DNA of 64,000 nucleotides from Clostridia bacterium (GTDB lineage Bacteria; Bacillota; Clostridia; Oscillospirales; Acutalibacteraceae): NCBI GenBank assembly GCA_017634155.1, contig JAGBNX010000016.1, positions 9,984 to 73,983 of the forward strand, read 5' to 3'. Shown piece by piece: positions 9,040 to 18,525 of this stretch (position 1 is its first letter; each line of letters starts with the position of its first letter). The notes under the pieces were generated by a model. It saw only the letters and a program-made list of their open reading frames with translations, ran no database searches and was not told where the DNA came from. The position numbers and the translations under genes were made by a program.

Positions 9040-10278
9040 ATGATTGATGAAAAAAATACAAATGATAAAGAAGTTTTTGATTTAGTTACGTCCGAGTACG
9101 AGTATCAGGTTAGTACGGTTAATCTGATAGCATCTGAGAACTATGTTTCAGAAAATGTCTTGCGTGCACTTGGCAGTGTTTTTACGAATAAATATGCTGA
9201 GGGCTTGCCAGGAAGAAGATACTATAGTGGCTGCAAGTTTGTTGATGAGTTGGAAAATTTGGCAATCGAGAGATTGACTAAGCTTTTTGGTGCCGAAGCA
9301 GGGAATGTTCAGCCGTATTCTGGAACTCAGGCCAATATGGCAGTTTATTTTGCTGTTTTAGAACGTGGAGATCACGTACTTTCGATGTCTTTGAATGATG
9401 GTGGGCATTTGAGTCATGGTGCTCTTGTTAATTTTTCTGGTGAGCTTTGTAATTTCGTACACTATGGTGTTGACAAAAAAGGATTTATAGATTACGATAA
9501 CGTTGAGTATTTGGCAAAAAAACATAAACCGAGGCTGATCGTTTGTGGTGCAAGTTCTTATTCAAGAGTAATAAATTTTGAGAAATTTCGTGAAATTGCT
9601 GATAAAGTTGGTGCTTATTTGCTTGCCGATATAGCGCATATTGCCGGTATTATTGCTGCAGGTTTGCATCCGAGTCCGGTGTCGTTGGCTGATTTTATAA
9701 CAGGAACTACTCAAAAAACTCTACGTGGACCTAGGGGCGGTTTTATTTTGTGCTCAAAAAATATGGCTAAGGCTGTAGATCGATCGATTTTTCCGGGAAT
9801 GCAAGGTGGTCCTCATGTTAATAATATTGCTGCGAAAGCAGTATGTTTCAGAGAAGCCATGAGGCCTGAGTTTAAAAAATATATTTGTCAAGTGTTAAAA
9901 AATGCAACTGCAATGGCCGAAGAAGCTAGTTTATTAGGTTTTGATGTAATTTCAGGCGGTACGGATAATCATCTTTTGGTTTTAGACTTGTCAAAATTAG
10001 GTATTAGTGGGGATAAATTTCAAGATATGCTAGATGAAGTTGATATAAATGTTACCAAGCAAGCCGTTCCCAATGATAGATTAGGGTGGAGTTGTGGAAC
10101 AAGCGGCATTAGAGTTGGCAGTGCAGCTGTAACTACTAGGGGATTTAAAGAAGAGGATTGCCGTAAAGTAATTAATGCTATTGCGTTACTAAGAGATAAT
10201 TTTAATGAAAATAAAGAATACGTTAAAGAAAAAATTAAGTTGTTAATTTCTAATTTTCCTGATTTATTTGTGAGTTAA
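9040..10278 (+). CDS. glyA: Serine hydroxymethyltransferase (divergent)
   Basis: LIASENYVS..V..A.GS.FTNKYAEGLPGRRYY.G, GGHLSHG, TQKTLRGPRGG. Start moved to ATG 9040 (MIDEK) from the track's 8980; start is uncertain. Confidence 0.85.
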   Translation: MIDEKNTNDKEVFDLVTSEYEYQVSTVNLIASENYVSENVLRALGSVFTNKYAEGLPGRRYYSGCKFVDELENLAIERLTKLFGAEAGNVQPYSGTQANMAVYFAVLERGDHVLSMSLNDGGHLSHGALVNFSGELCNFVHYGVDKKGFIDYDNVEYLAKKHKPRLIVCGASSYSRVINFEKFREIADKVGAYLLADIAHIAGIIAAGLHPSPVSLADFITGTTQKTLRGPRGGFILCSKNMAKAVDRSIFPGMQGGPHVNNIAAKAVCFREAMRPEFKKYICQVLKNATAMAEEASLLGFDVISGGTDNHLLVLDLSKLGISGDKFQDMLDEVDINVTKQAVPNDRLGWSCGTSGIRVGSAAVTTRGFKEEDCRKVINAIALLRDNFNENKEYVKEKIKLLISNFPDLFVS

Positions 10279-10312
10279 TTATGAATATAAATAATTTTGG
10301 AGGTTTTATATC

Positions 10313-10813
10313 ATGTCAGAAAATAAAGATAAAAATAAAGATAAACAGCAGAATATAATTACAAAAGAAGGTCTGCAGAATTTAGAAAAAGAACTTGAGT
10401 ATTTAAAAGCTACAAAACGAAAAGAAGTTTCTGAAAGAATAAAAAAAGCATTGGCTTTTGGTGATCTTTCAGAAAATAGTGAGTACGATGAAGCAAAAAA
10501 CGAACAGTCTTTAGTCGAAATGAGAATTCTTGAAATCGAAAAAATCATAAAGACTTCAAGAATTTTGGACGAAAAAGATATTGATATAAATTCTGTTTTT
10601 GTAGGCTGCAAGGTAACCATTCAAGATTTAGATAAAAATAAAAATCTTGAATATAAAGTCGTTGGTTCAAGCGAAGCTGACCCAATAAATTATAAAATTT
10701 CGTCAGACTCGCCAATCGGCATGGCGCTTTTAGGTAATAAAACTGGAGCTATCGTTAAAGCGCATACTCCGGGCGGAATCAGGAATTTTAAAATATTGGA
10801 AATAAGCAGGTAA
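10313..10813 (+). CDS. greA: Transcription elongation factor GreA
   Basis: ITKEGLQNLEKELEYLK...R.EV.ERIK.A.AFGDLSENSEYDEAKNEQ; conserved greA-lysS pairing. Confidence 0.9.
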   Translation: MSENKDKNKDKQQNIITKEGLQNLEKELEYLKATKRKEVSERIKKALAFGDLSENSEYDEAKNEQSLVEMRILEIEKIIKTSRILDEKDIDINSVFVGCKVTIQDLDKNKNLEYKVVGSSEADPINYKISSDSPIGMALLGNKTGAIVKAHTPGGIRNFKILEISR

Positions 10814-10847
10814 AAAAATATAAATAATATAAATTTAGGTGAAAAAT

Positions 10848-12341
10848 ATGAGTGATGTAAATAACATAAATAACGAAGAAAATTCAGAACAGTATAAATT
10901 GAGGCTTTTAAAACTTGAAAATTTACAAAAAAATTCTAAAGATCCGTTTGTAATTACAAAATTTCAAGTAGATTCTTATTCTTTAGATATAAAAAATAAT
11001 TTTGAAAAGCTCGAAAATACTGGCATAAAAATCGCCGGAAGATTAATTCAAAGACGCACTATGGGCAAAGCCGCGTTTGCAAATGTTTTAGATGCCAAAG
11101 GCTCAATTCAAATTTATATAAGAATAGACTCCGTAGGCGAAGAGATTTATAAAGAATTTTTAGATTTTGACATAGGCGATATAGTAGGCATCGAAGGTAC
11201 AGTTTTTAAAACTAAAAAAGAAGAAATTTCAGTTAAAGTGCAGAAAATCACGCTTTTAGCTAAGTCTTTGCACCCGTTGCCTGAAAAATTTCATGGCTTG
11301 CAAGATATAGATTTAAGATATCGCCAAAGATATTTGGATTTAATTGTGAATCCTGGTGTTAAAAATACTTTTATTAAACGTTCTGTTATAATAAAAACTA
11401 TAAGAAATTTTCTTGATAATCTGGGATTTATTGAAGTCGAAACGCCGATGCTGAATTTAATTGCCGGTGGTGCTCTGGCGAGGCCGTTTATTACGCATCA
11501 TAATGCTCTAGATATGAATTTATTTTTAAGAATCGCACCGGAGCTTTATTTAAAAAGATTAATAACCGGCGGTATGGACAAAGTTTACGAACTCGGACGT
11601 CAGTTCAGAAACGAAGGAATTTCGATTAAACATAATCCTGAGTTTACTACTATTGAGATTTATCAAGCGTATGTCGATTACACAAAAATGATGGACTTAA
11701 CAGAAAAAATTATTTTTGAGTGCAATAAATCAGTGGGGAACGGCAACGAAATCGAATATCAAGATAAAAAAATTAATTTATCTTCGTTTGAGCGTTTAAG
11801 TATGATTGAATCTGTCAAAAAATTTACCGGAAAAGATTTTTCGGAGTTTGAAAATAATAACGAAAAAGCAATCGAAGTTGCTCAAAAACTTGGTGTAGAT
11901 ATTCAAGACAAAAATACTTGGGGCGATATTTTAATGCTGGTTTTTGAAGAAAAAGTCGAAGAAAATTTGATTCAACCGACTTTTATATATGATTTCCCGG
12001 CAAGCAGTTCGCCTCTTGCTAAGCGTAAAAAAGAAAATTCTAATCTAGTCGAACGTTTTGAGCTTTATATAACCGGACGCGAAATTGCTAATGCATATTC
12101 TGAGCTTAATGACCCTATTGATCAAAAACAAAGATTCTTGGAGCAATTAAGAGCGCGTGAAAACGGCGACGAAGAAGCGAATTTGCCTGATAAAGATTTT
12201 GTAACGGCGCTTGAATACGGCATGCCTCCCACAGGGGGACTAGGGATCGGAATTGACAGACTTGTTATGCTGCTTACAAATTCGGCTTCGATTCGTGGTG
12301 TTATAATTTTTCCTACTATGAAAGCACGCGGAAGTTTGTAA
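10848..12341 (+). CDS. lysS: Lysine--tRNA ligase, class II
   Basis: Class II motifs (FRNEG, ELYI.GRE.ANAYSELNDP, GGLGIGIDRLVMLLT). Start set to ATG 10848 after AGGTGA. Confidence 0.9.
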   Translation: MSDVNNINNEENSEQYKLRLLKLENLQKNSKDPFVITKFQVDSYSLDIKNNFEKLENTGIKIAGRLIQRRTMGKAAFANVLDAKGSIQIYIRIDSVGEEIYKEFLDFDIGDIVGIEGTVFKTKKEEISVKVQKITLLAKSLHPLPEKFHGLQDIDLRYRQRYLDLIVNPGVKNTFIKRSVIIKTIRNFLDNLGFIEVETPMLNLIAGGALARPFITHHNALDMNLFLRIAPELYLKRLITGGMDKVYELGRQFRNEGISIKHNPEFTTIEIYQAYVDYTKMMDLTEKIIFECNKSVGNGNEIEYQDKKINLSSFERLSMIESVKKFTGKDFSEFENNNEKAIEVAQKLGVDIQDKNTWGDILMLVFEEKVEENLIQPTFIYDFPASSSPLAKRKKENSNLVERFELYITGREIANAYSELNDPIDQKQRFLEQLRARENGDEEANLPDKDFVTALEYGMPPTGGLGIGIDRLVMLLTNSASIRGVIIFPTMKARGSL

Positions 12342-12431
12342 ATTCATAAAAATTACACAATCGCTGCTTTTATCGTGTGGTGCTGAATATTTTATTCTTT
12401 GCATGATTTTTGCTCGAAATATTTTTTTTAC

Positions 12432-12460
12432 TTGACTATTTTTGTTTGCTGTTATATAAT
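12432..12460 (+). promoter_or_regulatory. Sigma-A promoter TTGACT-17-TATAAT
   Basis: TTGACT 12432..12437, 17-nt spacer, TATAAT 12455..12460; 62 nt upstream of ATG 12523. Confidence 0.6.
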
Positions 12461-12522
12461 ACAATTATTTTTGTGGCTGTGTTCAGCTGTAAGTAGATTT
12501 AAATTTTAAAGGAGTGGTGTTT

Positions 12523-13362
12523 ATGTCGAATTTTGGCAAAAATAAAATTGCTTTGGCACTTGCGTGTGCATCGATTTTGAGCGGAAAAGCGTCTGCGGTG
12601 AATACAAACGGGGTGAGAAACTCACAAGTCTCTGGGTCAGCAAGAGGAGGCTTTAATACATCCAGCATTGGAAATAATTTAGGGAAATATATTCCCTGGG
12701 CAGGTTTTGGTGTAGGTGGTGCTGGATTGGGTACATTTTTGGGTTGGTTGCTTTTTCACGGTAAGCAAAATAAGCAAGAGGTCGATGTCCTACGTCAAAA
12801 ATATGAAGCTGGCAAGCAGCTTTTTATCGATTATTTTAAGAGTGAGAAAATTGGTGTGTTTCATTTTTATTTTTCTGGCCTTAGGGAGCATTCAATAAAC
12901 TATGATGATTTTGTGAAGTTTCTCTGCCCTGAACTAAAAGACAATAAAGCTGTAGAATTTAAAGAAAAGCGTGCAGAACTTAGAAAGTTATATTGGAATT
13001 TTGTTAATATGTACGAAGAAACCAAGGTTAAAGAGTTGTGGGATATTGCAAATAAGCATAAGATTGCTTTTGATAATGGGGAAGACGTTGATGGTTATGA
13101 TAATAATGGCTGGAAGTATAATATAGCCGTGGAACCAAGTGATACTGAGAAGGGTAAAATATCCGTTAGAATTGTTTATTGGGATAGTAATAATAGCAAA
13201 GAAGGTGATGATTTAACCGACCAATTTAATATCGAAAATCCTGATAACGATGAGAAAAAAAATAAAAAGGATTTTTACGACGAAGTTGTTGCCTGGGCTA
13301 ACAAAGATGAAGTCTTGAAAGCAATCTTGCTTGGTGACGAGAACGAAGACGAGAAAAAATAA
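12523..13362 (+). CDS. Accessory-family protein (signal-like helix + Gly-rich TM + unknown C-terminal domain), subfamily A, intact
   Basis: MSNFGKNKIALALACASILSGKASA, then WAGFGVGGAGLGTFLGWLLF. C-terminal FNIENPDNDEKKNKKDFYDEVVAWANKDEVLKAIL is shared with the 16009 gene. AAGGAG RBS. Confidence 0.8.
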   Translation: MSNFGKNKIALALACASILSGKASAVNTNGVRNSQVSGSARGGFNTSSIGNNLGKYIPWAGFGVGGAGLGTFLGWLLFHGKQNKQEVDVLRQKYEAGKQLFIDYFKSEKIGVFHFYFSGLREHSINYDDFVKFLCPELKDNKAVEFKEKRAELRKLYWNFVNMYEETKVKELWDIANKHKIAFDNGEDVDGYDNNGWKYNIAVEPSDTEKGKISVRIVYWDSNNSKEGDDLTDQFNIENPDNDEKKNKKDFYDEVVAWANKDEVLKAILLGDENEDEKK

Positions 13363-13574
13363 AATAAGTGAAAGAAGTGAAAAAAACGAAAAGTAGGAAA
13401 ATTAAATTAAAACTTTAATGATTTTAGCTTCTATTTATAGATTTTGATCGCAATCACAGTTCTTTTGTTTTAGTACATAAGTGTTGTGGTTGCGTTTTAT
13501 CGGAGGAAATAATAAAACTCAAGATTTTAAATTGCAATATAAATTTTAGTTTTTATTTTATCGCGTTAAGTGCA

Positions 13575-14120
13575 TTGTTTTTGATAAATAATCAAAAATA
13601 TTTTTTGTCGACTATATTTTTTTCGATGATTCATGAAATTGGTCATATATTGGCAATAATAAAATATGGCAAAAAAATATCAGAAATAAAAATAAATGCT
13701 TTCAGTATAGATATAGAGCAAAATTATAGTTTTAATATGTCAAATAAAAAAGAACTTGTTATACTTTTATGTGGCCCACTAATAAATTTAATATTTTTTG
13801 CTATTTTTGCATTATTTTATAAAATTTTAAATTTGAATATTTTAAAAATTTTTAGCATTCAAAATTTAATTATAGGAATTTTAAATCTTATGCCGATTTA
13901 TTCTCTTGATGGCGGACAAATTTTATTTATTTTTTTAAGACAAAAATTTAATATTTACAACGCAAACATGATTTTGTTTATAATTTCAATAATTTTTATT
14001 TTGCCAATAACTACTCTGGGATTTTTATTAGCTATAAGATCAAGCTTTAATTTTTCGCTCTTGATTTTTATTTTTTACTTAATATCTTTGTTTTTAAAAA
14101 AGTATTTTTTGAGTAAATAG
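13575..14120 (+). CDS. M50-family site-2 metalloprotease (SpoIVFB-like)
   Basis: HEIGH zinc motif and NLMPIYSLDGG (NxxPxxxLDG). The frame stays open upstream to GGAGG at 13502..13506, so the true start is probably earlier than TTG 13575. Confidence 0.6.
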   Translation: MFLINNQKYFLSTIFFSMIHEIGHILAIIKYGKKISEIKINAFSIDIEQNYSFNMSNKKELVILLCGPLINLIFFAIFALFYKILNLNILKIFSIQNLIIGILNLMPIYSLDGGQILFIFLRQKFNIYNANMILFIISIIFILPITTLGFLLAIRSSFNFSLLIFIFYLISLFLKKYFLSK

Positions 14121-14178
14121 GTAAATAGATACAGTTGACTATAATCCGATAGTAATAAAAAAAATATTCGAATTTATA

Positions 14179-14781
14179 TTAAAATATATTAAAAAAATTA
14201 AATAATTTTAAAAATATATACGCGAGAAAAACATGAATAAACACTCCGAAGCCGGAAATTATTAAAGCTTTTACAAAACTTTTTATATGTAATTTAAAAT
14301 TTAGGCACGGCCAATTTTTATTTTTATAAAATATTTTTTTCGTAATTAGTATACTTAATTTTACTGATTCTTCTGCAAAAAAGATTAAGGCAACTGAAGA
14401 TATGAATAATCCGGGAAGTAATGCTAAAATACCAAAAAATATGCCTTTGATTAAAAATTTAGAATATAAAAAATAAATTACTATTCCGATTCCGAGGCCT
14501 TTGGCAAATGTTAATATAAAACTAATTATTGTGCCAAAAATAGTCAAAGAAAATAAAAATAATAATAATATAATAAAAATTTCTGTAAAAATTATTGTAT
14601 TAAATAATTCTAAATTCCAAAAATTAATTTTTTGAAAAAATATGTTATTAAAAAAATCAAACGAAAATTTGCAAAAGCATCCAGTAATTATCCCTAAATA
14701 AAATATTGTCCATATGCCAAGTTTTAACTTTCCGTATTTTTTTATACTAAAAAATTTTTTTACGTCATTAAATGTTATCAT
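14179..14781 (-). CDS. SpoIIM-like integral membrane protein
   Basis: About 200 aa, 5-6 TM. FAKGLGIGIVIYFLY...GIFFGILALLPGLFISSVALIF resembles the SpoIIM (PF01944) core. Confidence 0.45.
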   Translation of the reverse strand: MITFNDVKKFFSIKKYGKLKLGIWTIFYLGIITGCFCKFSFDFFNNIFFQKINFWNLELFNTIIFTEIFIILLLFLFSLTIFGTIISFILTFAKGLGIGIVIYFLYSKFLIKGIFFGILALLPGLFISSVALIFFAEESVKLSILITKKIFYKNKNWPCLNFKLHIKSFVKALIISGFGVFIHVFLAYIFLKLFNFFNIF

Positions 14782-14903
14782 GTAATATTATATGACTAAA
14801 TCTCGCAAAATATTTCAGAGTTATAAATACAAAAATTGAACACTATACGCGATATATTTAGAGAGAAAAATTTTTTAAAATTTTTATTTTTTTATAGAAT
14901 AAG

Positions 14904-14990
14904 TGGCATCGCTAAAAAGATAAATATTTTCTCCGGCGCTGCCGGAGAATTTTTCCAATACTAATTATTAGCTTTGAAAGAAGCCTAATA
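14904..14990 (+). repeat. MITE-like intergenic repeat copy (5' TIR + core hairpin)
   Basis: GGCATCGCTAAAAAGATAAATATTT followed by TTCTCCGGC-GCT-GCCGGAGAA at 14929..14949, then a TTGAAAGAAGCC box. Confidence 0.6.
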
Positions 14991-14991
14991 T

Positions 14992-15633
14992 TTATTTTTC
15001 AGGAATTTTAAGTGTTTGCCCTTCGGTAACCTGATCAGATTGTAAATTATTCAGATTTATTATTTCATAAAATCTATTGCCATCACCTAAAAGTTTTAAT
15101 GAAATATTCCAAAGATTATCTCCCGGCTGAACAGTATAAATATTATTTTGATTTTTTAACGGAATTTTTAAAATTTGCCCCGGATATATAGTCTCGTTTT
15201 GCAAATTATTTAAACTCATAATCATGTTATATTTTGTCCAGGACCCAAGATAAGTGCGTGCAATATTCCATAAAGTATCTCCGCTTTCGACGTTATAAAG
15301 GAGCCAACCTGAAGACAAATTTTGTGGAATCAAAATCGTCTGACCCGGGTGAATATTATCGTCTTTAAGATGATTCAAATTTTGGATATCATAATATTTT
15401 TTGCCCGTACCTAAATAAGTTTGCGCAATTCCCCATAAAGTATCACCCGGTTTGACATTATAAACAACTGAACTAATGTTTTGATTTTCCATAAAATTAT
15501 TAGGAATAACTTGATTTGTCTCGATAATTTCAGAATTTTCTTGTTGCCAATTATTTTGTGCCGGCGACAAAATAACATTATTTTTGTTTGGCATTCTTCC
15601 TGTACCCATAACAGAATTTATGTTTGTACGCAA
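14992..15633 (-). CDS. Protein with three tandem LysM domains
   Basis: Three repeats of Y.V.PGD.LW.IA..YLG....Y..I..LN.L....I.PGQ.L.IP. TTG start 5 nt after GGAGG. Confidence 0.85.
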   Translation of the reverse strand: MRTNINSVMGTGRMPNKNNVILSPAQNNWQQENSEIIETNQVIPNNFMENQNISSVVYNVKPGDTLWGIAQTYLGTGKKYYDIQNLNHLKDDNIHPGQTILIPQNLSSGWLLYNVESGDTLWNIARTYLGSWTKYNMIMSLNNLQNETIYPGQILKIPLKNQNNIYTVQPGDNLWNISLKLLGDGNRFYEIINLNNLQSDQVTEGQTLKIPEK

Positions 15634-15771
15634 TTTTTCCTCCTAAATTATTATTCTGGAACACAGAAAATTGATTAATACATAATATTCCAGAATCAAA
15701 AACTTAGTGAAAAAATATTTTCCCTAAAAATAATACTAATTACACCTGGATACCAAAAAAAGAATTACCAA

Positions 15772-15984
15772 ATTGAAAGAAGCGATAAAAACTCACAGAA
15801 CATTAGACTTATTTCGAAATCGGCAACACATATATCCTCAGCGGCACCGGAGAGAACACTTCCGACCTAATTTTTAAGTTTCGAAATAAATTATTATTTT
15901 CATATATAAATTTAGTAATATAGAGGGCCAAACTACATTCTCCGGCGGTGCCGGAAGAAAATATATGTCTTTCTCAGCAACGCC
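15772..15984. repeat. Cluster of nested or fragmented MITE-like repeat copies
   Basis: Interior fragment GCGATAAAAACTCACAGAACATTAG is the reverse complement of CTAATGTTCTATGAATTTATCGC in the 35092 copy. Degenerate hairpin near 15836; intact hairpin TTCTCCGGC-GGT-GCCGGAAGA near 15939..15958; TIR TCTCAGCAACGCC ends at 15984. Confidence 0.55.
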
Positions 15985-16008
15985 CCAAAAAGATAATTAA
16001 TTAATTAA

Positions 16009-16904
16009 TTAATTATTAATCAAAATTTGCTTAGCAACATCGTCGTTGTTAAAATATTTAACAAGTGCGTCATAAAAATTTTTTCTGTTTTTTTCTTCCT
16101 GGGTCTTTGGGTTTGCAATATTAAATTCAGCAGTTATGTCTTTCACCTCGTACCTTCCAGGATTTCCGAATGGTTTATCTTCATGCACGATTGTTTTCTC
16201 AAAACAAACAGATAATTTTCCATTATTTGGTCTTACAACCGCTTTATCATAAAAATCAATAAAATTTTCTTGTTTTTCGCTACAAACATTGATGCCGTTT
16301 TTAACAGCAATATTATAAAAATCGGTTTTTAATTTTAAATTATAATCAACGTAATATTTAAACATGCAATCTCTAAAATCAATACTTGCTTTATTCAATG
16401 CCTCGCTTTCCAGTTTTGAATTTGTTACTTCTTTAAAATCGTCCATACACCTCCGCATACTGAAAACAATATACGATTTTTTTTGCTTTTCTAACCATTC
16501 AGAATTATACCTAATTTCCAATCCTCTTTCATCAAATTTAATACCATGTGATTTAAAATATTTACAATATTGAATGAAAAACTTCTTGCCTCGAGCAAGT
16601 TGACCAAACAACGAATTAGCCAAATGATAAACAAGAATACCTAACACTGCACTTACAACAGGACCAGACGCTAATACCCCATATTTTGCTGGCTTACTTA
16701 ATTTCTCAAACCAAGTACTAGCATTGCCGGATATATCTCTATTACTAAAATTCGGATTTGATCGATTAGTCGCCCCCCTACTGTCCCAAGGGTTTGCGGG
16801 CTTTTCACCTGATTTTTGTTTGTATTCATTGCCGAACTCTTACTACCAAAAAGTGCCATGAAAGCCAACGCAACTGCGATTTTTTTTCTATCAAATTTCG
16901 ACAT
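16009..16904 (-). pseudogene. Accessory-family gene (subfamily A) interrupted by a -1 frame break at a C6/G6 tract
   Basis: GGAGGT RBS + ATG 16904 gives MSKFDRKKIAVALAFMALFGSKSSA...TVGG, then stops at 16698. The -1 frame continues ATNRSNPNFSNRDISGNASTWFEKLSKPAKYGVLASGPVVSAVLGILVYH into ORF 16009..16647. One extra G in the run at 16773..16778 restores a single ORF. Confidence 0.75.
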
Positions 16905-17119
16905 AAAATCAACCTCCATTTATAATTATTCGAACGCTTAAAACCCTAACCGAACTCTCAACTGTATAAACGACTGGCTCATTGTACAATATTGAAAAAA
17001 ATTTGTCAAATAAAAACTAAAGGTATTGCTAAAATCAAATATATTTAGAAAAATTGCAGGAACTATCCAAGGGAGATAATAACCTAAAATGATGCAATTT
17101 ATTGTCATGATATTTTATT

Positions 17120-17530
17120 TTACAAATAATCTAAATAATTTTGTAATATCAAACATGCCGAAGCTTCGTCAATATATTTTTTATATTTTATTGATTTTTT
17201 GCCTGAATTTATAAAATTTTTTTGTGCGCAAACAGTAGTCAAACGTTCGTCCCATAGAATTATTTCTAAATTTTTTGAAAATTCTTGTAATTTCTTTTGT
17301 AAATATTCGACATTTTTGGCACTTTCCCCAATACTGCCGTTCATGTTCTTTGGATAACCCAAAACTATTTTTTTTGCGTTTTTTAAATTTGACAATTCTA
17401 TTATTTTTTCTGCGAGTTTATCTTTATCTTTTTCTTGTATTGTACACAGGGGCGACGCCAAAATCTGATTTTCGTCGCAAATCGCTACGCCTGTTCTTGT
17501 TTCTCCAAAATCAATCCCAAGAATTATCAA
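17120..17530 (-). CDS. ruvX: Holliday junction resolvase-like nuclease YqgF/RuvX
   Basis: MIILGIDFGETRTGVAICD...LDERLTT is the typical RuvX pattern. Confidence 0.85.
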   Translation of the reverse strand: MIILGIDFGETRTGVAICDENQILASPLCTIQEKDKDKLAEKIIELSNLKNAKKIVLGYPKNMNGSIGESAKNVEYLQKKLQEFSKNLEIILWDERLTTVCAQKNFINSGKKSIKYKKYIDEASACLILQNYLDYL

Positions 17531-18505
17531 TTATGCTGCCTCCCTGAATTCTGAAACTTCTGGAATTTTTAATTCGCCTTCTTGCGAAACCGCAAATCTT
17601 ATTGTACCTACGTCTTTTGTTACAAAATATTTAATTCCCAGTAAATTAAGTCTATCTGATACTTCTTTTTGAGGATAAATCGAAATTTTATTATAATGAT
17701 TCCCAGCGGAAATTACAGCATATTTTGGGTTGACTTTTTTTAAAAACGGCAAAGTCGACGAGGTCTTACTGCCATGATGTCCGATTTTTATAACATCTGC
17801 CGACAAATCTTGACCTGAATCAATAAGATCTTTTTCTTCGGCTTTTTCTGCATCGCCGGTAAATAAAAATTTTTTATTTTTAAAACTTAATTTCAATACA
17901 ACAGAGTTATTATTTATATTTTTTGTATCTTCTTTTATTGGGCCTAAAATTTCAATTTTAACTCTGCCGATATTAAAAACTTGTCCAGCTTTTAGAATTT
18001 CGATTTTTATTTTTTGAGATTTTAATTCTTCGAGCAATTTTTCGTAGCCTTTATGATCAAGCATATCAACTCGAGACTGCGAAGTCCCGAATCTATAAAC
18101 TTTAAAATTTTTTAGAATACTAACAAGCTGACCATAGTGATCAGCATGTGGATGTGTAAGTATCATTAAATTAATATTTCTATTTTTTGAATCTCCAAAT
18201 AAATTGTCTTTCATATAACCAACGACTGAAAGCTCAGAATTCTTAAGCCCTCCGTCGATTATAATAATTATGTCTTTATCATGAATAACAGCACAGTCAG
18301 CTTTTCCGACGTCTAAAAAATCAATCAGTAAATCAGTATTTGTTACACTCGGCGAAGCAATCTCATATTTTTTTTTACCCGGTTCTTTATCTACAAACGA
18401 AATCCAAAAAAGAGCAATTGCTACTAAAATCGCAAATATAGTAAAAGTACTAAATTTATTAATTGACTTGCGAAAAATAAAATTTAATATTTTGTTTTTT
18501 TTCAT
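17531..18505 (-). CDS. ComEC C-terminal-type metallo-beta-lactamase fold hydrolase with N-terminal TM
   Basis: ILTHPHADHYG and GHHGS motifs; single N-terminal TM. Confidence 0.7.
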   Translation of the reverse strand: MKKNKILNFIFRKSINKFSTFTIFAILVAIALFWISFVDKEPGKKKYEIASPSVTNTDLLIDFLDVGKADCAVIHDKDIIIIIDGGLKNSELSVVGYMKDNLFGDSKNRNINLMILTHPHADHYGQLVSILKNFKVYRFGTSQSRVDMLDHKGYEKLLEELKSQKIKIEILKAGQVFNIGRVKIEILGPIKEDTKNINNNSVVLKLSFKNKKFLFTGDAEKAEEKDLIDSGQDLSADVIKIGHHGSKTSSTLPFLKKVNPKYAVISAGNHYNKISIYPQKEVSDRLNLLGIKYFVTKDVGTIRFAVSQEGELKIPEVSEFREAA

Positions 18506-18525
18506 AAAAAACTAAAAATTAAAAA

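Noticed and set aside
12342-12522. Possible T-box or riboswitch near lysS and other long AT-rich leaders (42587..42886, 44126..44335)
   Set aside because: The 12342..12522 spacer is downstream of lysS and holds a promoter for the next gene. I could not find specifier or T-box (AGGGTGGNACCGCG-like) motifs or other conserved riboswitch cores in these regions.
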